DNA of 64,000 nt. Origin: an uncultured delta proteobacterium. Lineage in GTDB: Bacteria > Desulfobacterota > Syntrophia > Syntrophales > UBA2185. A program made the position numbers and the translations under genes. The notes under the pieces are model-generated. The model saw only the letters and a list, made by a program, of their open reading frames with translations. It did not search any database and was not told where the DNA came from. Positions 55,131 through 64,000 of the stretch are shown here, piece by piece. Numbering within the stretch: position 1 is the first letter of the stretch; the number at the start of each line of letters is the position of its first letter. Where the stretch lies: the NCBI GenBank assembly GCA_963695875.1, contig CAVOID010000015.1:1-64000 (forward strand), written 5' to 3'.

Positions 55131-56813
55131 CTAATAGAGTCCCGGATCACGGTATTCACCATAGAGTTCACGATAGACATCGCATATCTCTTGGACACTG
55201 GCCAGATTCTTCACGGCCGCAATGCAGTAGGGCATGACATTTTCACCCTTCTTGCAGGCATTCTTAACATCTTCGAGACTCTTCTTGACTGCCTTATTGT
55301 CCCGTTTCCTGCGCACGGCATTCAAACGTGCGATCTGGTCTTCTTCAACTTTATCGTCAATCTCTAAAAGAGGGATGGGTATCGCTTCATCTGTGACATA
55401 TTTGTTGACACCGACCATAATCTTTTCGCAGGAATCTATTTGCCGCTGGAACTTGTATGCCGAATCTGCAATCTCTAACTGCGGGAACCCTTTCTCAATC
55501 GCGGCTACCATACCGCCCATCTCGTCAATCTTGTTGATGTAGTCCCATGTCTGCTCTTCCATTTCGTTCGTCAGGGCTTCTATGAAATACGAACCGGCCA
55601 GCGGATCAATCGTACTGGCAGCACCAGTCTCTTCAGCAATGATCTGCTGGGTTCTGAGAGCGATCTGAACAGCAGAATCCGAAGGGAGGCACATCACCTC
55701 ATCGAGTGAATTGGTATGCAGGGACTGAGTACCGCCAAGGACAGCGGCGAGAGCTTCAGTTGCCGTTCGCACGACGTTGTTGTATGGCTGCTGCGCCGTC
55801 AACGAGCACCCGGCGGTCTGTGTGTGGAAACGCATCCACCAGGACCTCGGATCTCTGGCTTTATAGCGGTCGCGCATGACCTTCGCCCAGATCCTCCGGG
55901 CGGCGCGCATCTTACAGATCTCCTCGAAGAAATCGATGTGGGAGTTGAAGAAAAACGAGAACCGTGGAGCAAATTCATCGACATTCAATCCCTTCCTGTT
56001 GATGACATCCTCCACATACTCCATCCCATCACGGAGGGTAAACGCGAGCTCCTGAACCGCTGTGGATCCCGCTTCCCTGATATGGTACCCGCTGATGCTG
56101 ATGGTATTCCACCGGGGAACATGCTTCGTCCCGAATTCTACGGTATCGCTGATCAGTCTGACCGAAGGCTCCGGTGGACACATAAATGTCTTCTGCGCGA
56201 TGAATTCTTTCAGCATATCATTCTGGATAGTGCCGCCAATCTTGCTGAGAGGTATACCCTTGATCTCTGCCGCTGCACAGTACATCGCCCAAAGTATTGT
56301 AGCCGGCGGATTGATGGTCATGGACGTGGTTACCTGATCCATGGGAATTCCATCCACCAACTGAAGAAAATCCTCGAGAGTATCTATGGCAACCCCACAC
56401 TTCCCGCACTCACCGAGGGCCTTGGGAGAACCCGAGTCATAGCCCATCAGGGTCGGAAAATCAAAGGCCGTACTGAGGCCGGTCTGCCCCTCTTTGAGAA
56501 GCATGTGCCAGCGTTTGTTGGTATCTTCAGCGCTCCCCATGCCGGAGAACATTCGGAATGTCCAGTACCGCCCGCGATAACCGGTCACCTGGTTGCCCCG
56601 TAAATACGGAAACTGTCCTGGATATCCGATATCCTGTACAAAGTCCATGTCTTTTATGTCTTCAGGACCATAGAGCCTTTTGATTTCGAGGTCTGAAACG
56701 GTAGACCATCGTTCCCTCTGGTCGGGAACTTTGCTGACCACCTTCCGCACCTCGTCCTCCCACTTCTTTCGAAGTTCACTGGAATGACTCAGTACATCTT
56801 TTGCAAAATACAT
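55131..56813 (-). CDS. acyl-CoA mutase large subunit with isobutyryl-CoA mutase signature (F89, Q207)
   Basis: WTFRMFSG, QNDMLKEFIAQ, SISGYHIREAG and FHTQTAG motifs. Confidence 0.9.
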   Translation of the reverse strand: MYFAKDVLSHSSELRKKWEDEVRKVVSKVPDQRERWSTVSDLEIKRLYGPEDIKDMDFVQDIGYPGQFPYLRGNQVTGYRGRYWTFRMFSGMGSAEDTNKRWHMLLKEGQTGLSTAFDFPTLMGYDSGSPKALGECGKCGVAIDTLEDFLQLVDGIPMDQVTTSMTINPPATILWAMYCAAAEIKGIPLSKIGGTIQNDMLKEFIAQKTFMCPPEPSVRLISDTVEFGTKHVPRWNTISISGYHIREAGSTAVQELAFTLRDGMEYVEDVINRKGLNVDEFAPRFSFFFNSHIDFFEEICKMRAARRIWAKVMRDRYKARDPRSWWMRFHTQTAGCSLTAQQPYNNVVRTATEALAAVLGGTQSLHTNSLDEVMCLPSDSAVQIALRTQQIIAEETGAASTIDPLAGSYFIEALTNEMEEQTWDYINKIDEMGGMVAAIEKGFPQLEIADSAYKFQRQIDSCEKIMVGVNKYVTDEAIPIPLLEIDDKVEEDQIARLNAVRRKRDNKAVKKSLEDVKNACKKGENVMPYCIAAVKNLASVQEICDVYRELYGEYRDPGLY

Positions 56814-57036
56814 ATTACCTCCTCCTTTTAATAAATCTTATAAAACTGATATGCCAAATCAAGACTCCAAGGTGAATATCTTAACCCGCAAAAGTCCTGA
56901 TTAATCCTGCTCTTTGCATGCAGGCTCGTCAAACGGAAAATAGACATGCGCATCTCTCATTGAAAATGGACAATTATCTTAAGCCATGTTATATAATTTT
57001 CATCTCTCACCAAAACCAATTACGGAGGTAAAAGCG

Positions 57037-57336
57037 ATGAAAATCAAAATGCCCATAAAGTTTCACGGCAATTATCGGGTGATCATTCGCCAGGGCGATT
57101 GGGAAGCCCGGGAACGATGCCAAAAACTCATCATCAGAGAGATAACACCAGCTGAGAAAGAGCAATACTACAAAGAGATGGATGAAAGAGATATCCCTAC
57201 GCACCAGGTCAATTTTTTTGACTTTGGTTGCCGCCGCATCATAGAGGGCAAACTCACGGTAAACGAAGAAAACAGAGTGGCTTTCGCAGTTGAAGAAAAG
57301 GAGTACGAATTTTCACCCTTCGTCCCCGGAAGATGA
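57037..57336 (+). CDS. hypothetical protein
   Basis: GGAGGT RBS before ATG and a 99 aa open frame. Confidence 0.6.
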   Translation: MKIKMPIKFHGNYRVIIRQGDWEARERCQKLIIREITPAEKEQYYKEMDERDIPTHQVNFFDFGCRRIIEGKLTVNEENRVAFAVEEKEYEFSPFVPGR

Positions 57337-57381
57337 TCCGGCAACATCATAATATATAAAAGAGCCTGGTTATTCTTGCCC

Positions 57382-58531
57382 TTATCGCATGCCTAAGAGC
57401 TTTCTCGAGATAACTACTCTCTGAATCTCGTTCGTGCCTTCATAAATCTGGCAGATCTTTGCATCCCGCATGTGCCTTTCGGCCGGATACTCTTTGGTGT
57501 AACCGTAACCGCCGAATATCTGCACACCTTCAACGGATGCTCTCATCGCGACATCGGACGCATAACACTTTGCCATCGCCGATTCCTTCTCGTAATCAAG
57601 GTGATTATCCTCCATCCACGCGGCGCGAAGGAGCATCAGCTCCGCTGCATCAAGCTCCATTGCCATATCGGCAAACTTGAACTGGATTGCCTGGAAGGTC
57701 GAAATCGGCTTACCGAACTGCACTCTTTCTTTTGCATAAGCGAGGGCATCTTCCAGAGCGGCCCGACCGATACCGCAGGCCTGGGAACCTATTCCGATCC
57801 TTCCCGCATCGAGCCCCATCATCATCTGCTTGAAACCCTGGCCCGGCTTACCGAGGAGATTTGCCGCCGGTATCTCGGCATCCTCAAAGACCAGTTCCGC
57901 CGTTCCGGACGCCAGGATTCCCATCTTCTCCTCGATCTTTCCTACTTTAAAACCAGGGGTGTTCTTCATGTCCACGATGAGATTGATGACCCCCTTGTAT
58001 CCTAATGCAGGATCTGTCGTGACAGCCAAAACGCAGTAATGGGCTACATTGCCGTTCGTTATGAAGATTTTGGTCCCGTTGACAATATATTTGTCCCCCT
58101 TCAATACGGCCCGGCACTTGAGCGCAGCGGCATCCGAACCGGCGCTGGGTTCCGTTAAGCCATAGCAGCCTTCAACCTTTCCGCTTGCCACCGGCGTCAG
58201 GAACTTCTTCTTCTGCTCTTCCGTACCAAACGTCAAGACCGGATATCCGTACAGTGAATTGTTGACGGAGACAATGACGCCACAGCTTCGCGCAGGCCTT
58301 GGAAATCTCAATCATGCACAGAACATATGTCACTACATTCATGCCCGCCCCGCCGTATTCCTGCGGTACGGCGACGCCCATGATTCCCATCTCGCCCAGT
58401 TTGCGGCAGATCTCTTCCGGATGCCTGTGGGTTTTGTCCAGATCTGCGGCGATCGGTTTAATCTCCTGCTCCGCAAACTTTCTTACCATATCTCGCACAT
58501 CTCGCTGATCTTCTGTCAATCCAAAATTCAT
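57382..58531 (-). CDS. acyl-CoA dehydrogenase, butyryl-CoA DH-like (frameshift near 58290)
   Basis: LTEPSAGSD, NGTKIFITN, RVQFGKPI and IYEGTNEIQR motifs. Confidence 0.92.
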
Positions 58532-58587
58532 GGCTCATAACCCCCTTATTAATGATACGTTATTAATGCATTGTAGCAAACTGCAAA

Positions 58588-59370
58588 TCAACTTCCTGTG
58601 AAGACAGGCTTTCTTTTTTCAAGAAAGGCTTTCATTCCTTCTTTCTGATCATCCGTACTGAAGCACTGGGCGCAACACTCCATCTCAAGCCTGATGGCGT
58701 TATCGAGAGAAAGATCATACCCAAAATTGATTGCATGCTCGGCCATCTTGATGGCGAAACCGGGCATACGTGCCAATTTTCCGGCAAACTTTTTTGTTTC
58801 AGGGAGGAGCTGATCGAGCGGGAATATCCTGTTTACGAGGCCGATTTCATAAGCCCTCTTTGCATCGATCTGCTCGCCACTCATGATGAGTTCCTTAGCC
58901 CTACCCATTCCAACTAAACGTGAAAGCCTCTGAGTTCCTCCCCATCCCGGTATTAAGCCAATCAATATTTCGGGTTGGCCGAATCGGGCTGTCTCTGATG
59001 CGAATCTCATATCGCAGGCCATCGATATTTCTGTGCCACCACCAAGGGCAAAACCGTTCACGGCGGCGATCGAAGGCTTGGGTAAAGTCTCAATCAAGCG
59101 GAGCGTTTCATTACCCAGTTCCATGAAAGCAAGGGCGTCCTTGGGCCTCAAGTTCTGCATTTCCGATATGTCTGCACCTGCTACAAAGGCCTTCTCTCCC
59201 GCCCCGGTGAGGATGAGGACCTTGACGCTGTCATCATTTTTGCAGCAGGTAACAGCATCAAATAATTCCTTCATGGTTTCCGTATTCATGGCATTCAAGG
59301 CCTTGGGCCTGTTAAAAGTTATCGTAGCGATGCCCTCCTCCGCTGCAAACAAGAGGTTTTTATATTCCAT
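58588..59370 (-). CDS. crt: enoyl-CoA hydratase (crotonase)
   Basis: NRPKALNA, FVAGADI, GFALGGGTE and PE..GLIPGWGGTQRL motifs. Confidence 0.92.
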   Translation of the reverse strand: MEYKNLLFAAEEGIATITFNRPKALNAMNTETMKELFDAVTCCKNDDSVKVLILTGAGEKAFVAGADISEMQNLRPKDALAFMELGNETLRLIETLPKPSIAAVNGFALGGGTEISMACDMRFASETARFGQPEILIGLIPGWGGTQRLSRLVGMGRAKELIMSGEQIDAKRAYEIGLVNRIFPLDQLLPETKKFAGKLARMPGFAIKMAEHAINFGYDLSLDNAIRLEMECCAQCFSTDDQKEGMKAFLEKRKPVFTGS

Positions 59371-59451
59371 CTCACCTACCTCCTTTTTCACTTTCTTTTA
59401 ATGCCCAGAAAAGTGCTCCAAGCACCGAAGAACATTTCTCGAAATCAAGTA

Positions 59452-60309
59452 TCACTTGCCGTACTCGTAAAAACCCCTCCCCGTTTTTCTCCCCATGTAT
59501 CCCGCATCCACATATTTTTTCAAAAGCGGACAGGGGCGGTATTTGGAATCACCGAATCCCTTGTAGAGAACATCCATAATGGCCCAGCAGGTATCCAGAC
59601 CGATCAGATCTGCTAAGGCCAGGGGACCCATGGGATGATTCATGCCTAAAACCATGATGTCGTCAATTGCCTTTGGCGTACCCACACCTTCCATGAGGGC
59701 ATAAACGGCCTCATTGATCATCGGCATGAGAATTCTGTTTGATATAAATCCGGGGAAGTCATTGCATTCCACTGGGATCTTCCCGAACTGTTTGGAAAGC
59801 GCCTCGGTCGTATTGTACGTCTCCTGAGAGGTGGCCAAACCCCTGATGATCTCAACGAGCCTCATTACAGGTACAGGATTCATGAAATGCATCCCGATGA
59901 CAAGCGCCGGCCTCTTTGTCGCACCGGCTATCCTTGTGATTGGAATAGACGACGTATTAGTGGCCAGAATTACGCCGGGCTTGCAAAATTCATCAAGCTT
60001 TCTAAATATCCCAAGTTTCAGATCCTCTCTTTCCGTTGCCGCTTCCACAACGAAATCGGCATCCTTCATATCTTCCAGGTTAGTACTCTTCTTGATACGG
60101 CCCATGATCTCCTTTTTCTGGTCCGCCGTAAGCTTCTCTTTTGCTATGAGTCTATCAAGGTTCTTGGAAATTGCATCATAGCCTTTATCTACGAACTGGT
60201 CTGCTATGTCATTCATGATGACATTCAGTCCTCCCGGGTTTGCCGCAACCTGAGCGATGCCGTTCCCCATCTGACCGGCTCCGATAACGCCGAATGTTTT
60301 AATTGCCAT
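59452..60309 (-). CDS. hbd: 3-hydroxybutyryl-CoA dehydrogenase
   Basis: [29 protein letters not shown] and HPMGP motifs. Confidence 0.95.
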   Translation of the reverse strand: MAIKTFGVIGAGQMGNGIAQVAANPGGLNVIMNDIADQFVDKGYDAISKNLDRLIAKEKLTADQKKEIMGRIKKSTNLEDMKDADFVVEAATEREDLKLGIFRKLDEFCKPGVILATNTSSIPITRIAGATKRPALVIGMHFMNPVPVMRLVEIIRGLATSQETYNTTEALSKQFGKIPVECNDFPGFISNRILMPMINEAVYALMEGVGTPKAIDDIMVLGMNHPMGPLALADLIGLDTCWAIMDVLYKGFGDSKYRPCPLLKKYVDAGYMGRKTGRGFYEYGK

Positions 60310-60372
60310 CGCTTCCTTTCTCCCTTCATTTAATTATGAACATTTCGTGTACCTGAAAATTAACTTCGCAAT

Positions 60373-61730
60373 CTATACCTTGATCAACATCGCATCACCC
60401 TGGGCATGACCCGAACATATTCCGCATATTCCTATACCACCGCCTCTACGCCGCAGTTCATAGGCCAGCGTCATGACGATTCTGGCGCCCGTAGCGCCGA
60501 TCGGGTGGCCATATGCAATAGCACTTCCGTTCACATTGATCCTCTTGAACATGTCTTCTTTAGTCATTCCCAGAATACTTCGCGCACTTACGAGCACTAC
60601 AGCTGCAAATGCCTCATTGATCTCGATGAGGTCAATCTTATCGAGTGTCATATCATTCTGCTCCAGAATCTTCTTGATGGAGAGCCCCGGTACCGTTGCT
60701 ATATCCTTCGGAGGCTGAGAGACCTCGGCGTAATCAAGTATGGTAAACAGAGGCTTTATCTCCAGTTCATCAGCCTTTTCCCTGCTCATAACCAGACAGA
60801 CATCACCGCCGTCATTCACGCCCGGCGCATTACCGGCTGTAACACTGCCAGGATCTACCGGTAACGGGACTTTTATGGTTGAAAACCGGCGGCAGTTTGG
60901 CCAAGCCTTCCATGGTCGTTTCCGGCCGCGGACCTTCATCTTTATCAAAGATGATTATCTTTTTCCCCTGTTTTACCTCGACAGGAAATATCTCATCATC
61001 CAGCTTCCCCGTCTTCATGGCCTCCACAGCTGCCATCTGCGAACGCAGAGCCCACTCATCCTGATCCTGCCGTGTAATTCCGAATTCATCACCCACTTCC
61101 GAGCCGTGAACAGCCATATGCCGGTTATAGAAAGCATCCCACAGGCCGTCGTAAACCGTCAAATCGATGACTGACCGACCGGGAAGGCCCATCCTCACGC
61201 CCCATCTCATTTCGGGAAGAGCATACGGACCATTGCTCATGCTTTCCTGGCCTCCGGCAACGCAAATCTCAGCCCTTCCCAGTTGAATCATCTGGACCGC
61301 CAGATCGATTGGTTTGATGCCCGAAGAACATACCTTGTTGATTGTAATGGAGGGAACGGATTCCGGAAGACCCGCCAGAATTGTCGCCTGCCGGCTGGGA
61401 ATCTGCCCGCAACCGGCGGGTACAACCTGCCCCATGAAGACATAATCCACATCCGAAGGCTTGACCTTTCCGTTTGTCCGCCTGAGAACCTCCTTAATTG
61501 CCAGAGCTCCCAGTTCGGGAGCGGTAAAGTCCTTCAGCGCTCCGCCGAATCTGCCGTACGGCGTCCGGCATGCCTCTACGACGACAACTTCTCTGAAATT
61601 TCCTGTACTGATTTTTTATCTTCCGCCCCATTGTCGAAAAATCCGGCTTTCTCTGACCGAATTTTGCGATTGGCGCATTTGCATACATCTCCGCCCTGGT
61701 TTTTTCCAGTTTCTGCGGTACCTTATCCAT
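60373..61730 (-). CDS. acetyl-CoA C-acyltransferase (thiolase), frameshifted near 61595 and 60850, with a likely N-terminal extension
   Basis: REVVVVEACRTPYGRFGG, NKVCSSG, NEAF, GHPIGATG and ICSGHAQG motifs. Confidence 0.88.
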
Positions 61731-61939
61731 TCCTTCCCCCTTGATTTTACCTTATTAGGTCTTTATATAAGTAGCAGAAGAGATCCTCAGATGCGAATCA
61801 AAGCTTTATTCGATAGCTGTGCTATGCAACTGTGTATTTTTATAGGCTTTTTGCTTCCATCACATGCTCGAAAAAATATTTTGAGCCGCGACGAATCCCT
61901 TCTGCAAGACTTCCCTAATATCAGATGCCGGTAATTAGA

Positions 61940-63099
61940 CTATTTCAGACTGTTTAAAATATCTCTGGCAATAATCATTCTTTGTATCTGGTTGGTTCCC
62001 TCATAGATTAACGTAATCCGGACATCCCTTGCGTAACGTTCAACGGGGAATTCTTTGGTGTATCCATACCCCCCAAGCATCTGTATAGCATTGAAACACG
62101 CCCTATCCGCTGCTTCCGTCGCGTAATACTTTGCCATGGATGCTTCTCTTGCAAAGGGTTTGCCTGTCTCTTTTTTATACGCGGCATTCATAAGGAGGAG
62201 CCTCGCCGCCTCCAGCTCCGTATAGGATTCCGCAATCATCCACTGGATAGCCTGAAAATTCGTTATCGGCTGGTCAAACTGCTTTCTATCCATGGCATAT
62301 CGTGTGGCATAATCCATCGCAGCAAGTCCGATACCCAAGACCAAGAGATCCGATACCGATACGTCCACCCGCCAGTTCCCCCGTGGCTGTCTTGAAACCG
62401 CCGTTCAATTTCCCCATAAGGGCCGATTTCGGTATCCGACAGTCTTCAAAGATGAGTTCGTTTGTCACAGAAGCGCACTGCCCCATTTTATGCTCTTCTC
62501 TTCCAACGGTGAGACCGGGGATGCCATTTTCCACCAGAAACGTGCTGATGCCGCTGCCCTTTTTTGCTGTCTTATCGGTCACTGCCCAGACAACGAACAC
62601 ACCCGCATATTCAGCGCTGGTAATGAACATCTTATTACCGTTAAGAACCCATTGATTTCCATCAAGGACAGCAGAGGTCTGGAGCGCGGCAGCATCGGAA
62701 CCCGCCACGGTTTCAGTCAAACCAAATCCACCGGCATAGTATTCACCCGAGCAAATCTTCGGGATGTACAACATTTTCTGCTCTTCGGAGCCAATAGCCT
62801 GAATTACCTCACAGACCATGTTATTGACCGACATGGTCACTGCCGTAGAAGCACAGGCCCTTGCAATCTCTGTGACCGCCAGACTGAAGGCCACAACACC
62901 TGCTTCAGAGCCTCCATATTCGACTCTTCACATTGATGCCCATCAAACCGAGCTCGGCAAGTTTCCTTAAATTTTTCAAGAAGGTTTCACGATCGCCAAC
63001 TTGGTCCAGCTTTGCCGCTACAGGCTCAAGCTCCGTCTTTGCGAAGCGCCTTGCTGTGTCTTGAATGATTATTTGCTCTTCTATCAGTTCTAAATTCGT
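61940..63099 (-). CDS. acyl-CoA dehydrogenase (frameshifted; start codon reads ACG)
   Basis: NLELIEEQIIIQDTARRFA N-terminus, LTETVAGSD, RKQF and IYEGTNQIQR motifs. Confidence 0.85.
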
Positions 63100-63136
63100 A
63101 GCTCTTCCCCCTCTCTTCTATTAATCTATAATATAT

Positions 63137-63176
63137 TGTATCCCTTGCTTCACCTTCAGGCAAAGCAAGGGATGCA
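63137..63176 (-). terminator. hairpin downstream of the CoA-transferase gene
   Basis: ATCCCTTGCTT...AAGCAAGGGAT inverted repeat. Confidence 0.55.
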
Positions 63177-63180
63177 TTTT

Positions 63181-64000
63181 TCATTTTTCAATAATAGCCT
63201 TGATCACAGGCGGATATTCCGTCTTTGCAGGCAGGAAGATCAGCTCCGGATCAACAAACTCTCTGAGGACGAATAGTTCTTTGTAAGTCGGATTTGGCGT
63301 TTCACCCTTAACTTTTGAAACATTCAAGTCAAACCCGCAATTTTCTTTGACCTTCTCCACAGTGACACTGGGGTGTAAGGTTTCCAGGTAGATGATTCCC
63401 TCTTTATCAAACCGGTATACGCCCATATTGGTCACTACTCCCACCGGCCCACAGTCCGCATAGGGCGTCCCTTTCCAGACTTCCTTCTTCGGTTTCCATT
63501 CCCTTGTCTTGAAATCCCAGCACCACCAGCCCGGTGTTGTGGTATAATCATTCCTCTCCAGAAACCTCCTTTTCTCCTGGAGGATGATGTAGGCGACCCT
63601 TTTCGACATGGTTCCTATGTCGGAATTTCCTCCGGAACCTGTGAAGCGGTGTGCCGGGGCATAGTAATCACCGATCGATGTAACATTCACGCCGCCGTAT
63701 TTGTCGATAGCGGCGCCTCCGAGGAACCCCAGGGTCACAAAACCCTGCTGCAAATAATACCCAAAGGTATCCACCAATCCTCCAAGGGTGGAACACATAT
63801 TGGCCGCCCTCTGGTCACTCACAGACATGGGCACATGCATGGTTTTCCCGTCACATATCCCGGATTCGTAGATCAACACCGCATTCGGTGCATTCAGCAT
63901 ATTGGCCGCCATAATCCCCACCATGGGAAGTCCCGTACCGGCAAAGACGACATCATCGTTCAGAACCTCATGAGCAATGGCAATCGCCATTAATTCGGGC
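63181..64000 (-). CDS. family I CoA-transferase beta subunit (GctB-like); 5' end lies outside the window
   Basis: VFAGTGLP, IYESG, GFLGGAAIDKYG and GSGG motifs. Confidence 0.85.
   Translation of the reverse strand, partial: PELMAIAIAHEVLNDDVVFAGTGLPMVGIMAANMLNAPNAVLIYESGICDGKTMHVPMSVSDQRAANMCSTLGGLVDTFGYYLQQGFVTLGFLGGAAIDKYGGVNVTSIGDYYAPAHRFTGSGGNSDIGTMSKRVAYIILQEKRRFLERNDYTTTPGWWCWDFKTREWKPKKEVWKGTPYADCGPVGVVTNMGVYRFDKEGIIYLETLHPSVTVEKVKENCGFDLNVSKVKGETPNPTYKELFVLREFVDPELIFLPAKTEYPPVIKAIIEK

Overview
The gene content suggests an anaerobic Syntrophales-like Desulfobacterota; this is inferred, not a taxonomic assignment. Many single-base frameshifts occur even in housekeeping genes (radA, serC, serA), which most likely reflects an uncorrected long-read assembly. 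From left to right the window holds: (1) three sigma54 promoters that share a TGGATA-N5-TATCCA upstream palindrome, a GT4 glycosyltransferase, a Spy/ZraP-like protein and an MdtABC-type RND pump with its outer-membrane factor; (2) core genes (OmpR/PhoB-type regulator, radA, serC, serA, purA) and tRNA-Lys(UUU); (3) an accessory region of about 25 kb after the tRNA; (4) pal, MarR, pfkA, a MEMO1-like gene and an orphan YcaO; (5) a B12 acyl-CoA mutase with isobutyryl-CoA mutase signature residues, MeaB and a beta-oxidation/CoA-transferase cluster. The accessory region encodes a PAS-LuxR regulator, an RCC1-repeat protein, a TpsA/TpsB-CHAT protease-CHASE2 cyclase-DUF928 module and a cNMP-TM-rhodanese/MauE pair. 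Most of it lies between two ~400 bp inverted paralogous repeats. The main finding is three exported selenoprotein genes on the minus strand that the ORF track truncates or misses: two rhodaneses and one HMA-type protein. Each has a C-x-UGA motif followed, exactly 21 nt later, by a CGUGC-loop hairpin, and the stem sequence differs between the two protein families (a SECIS signature).
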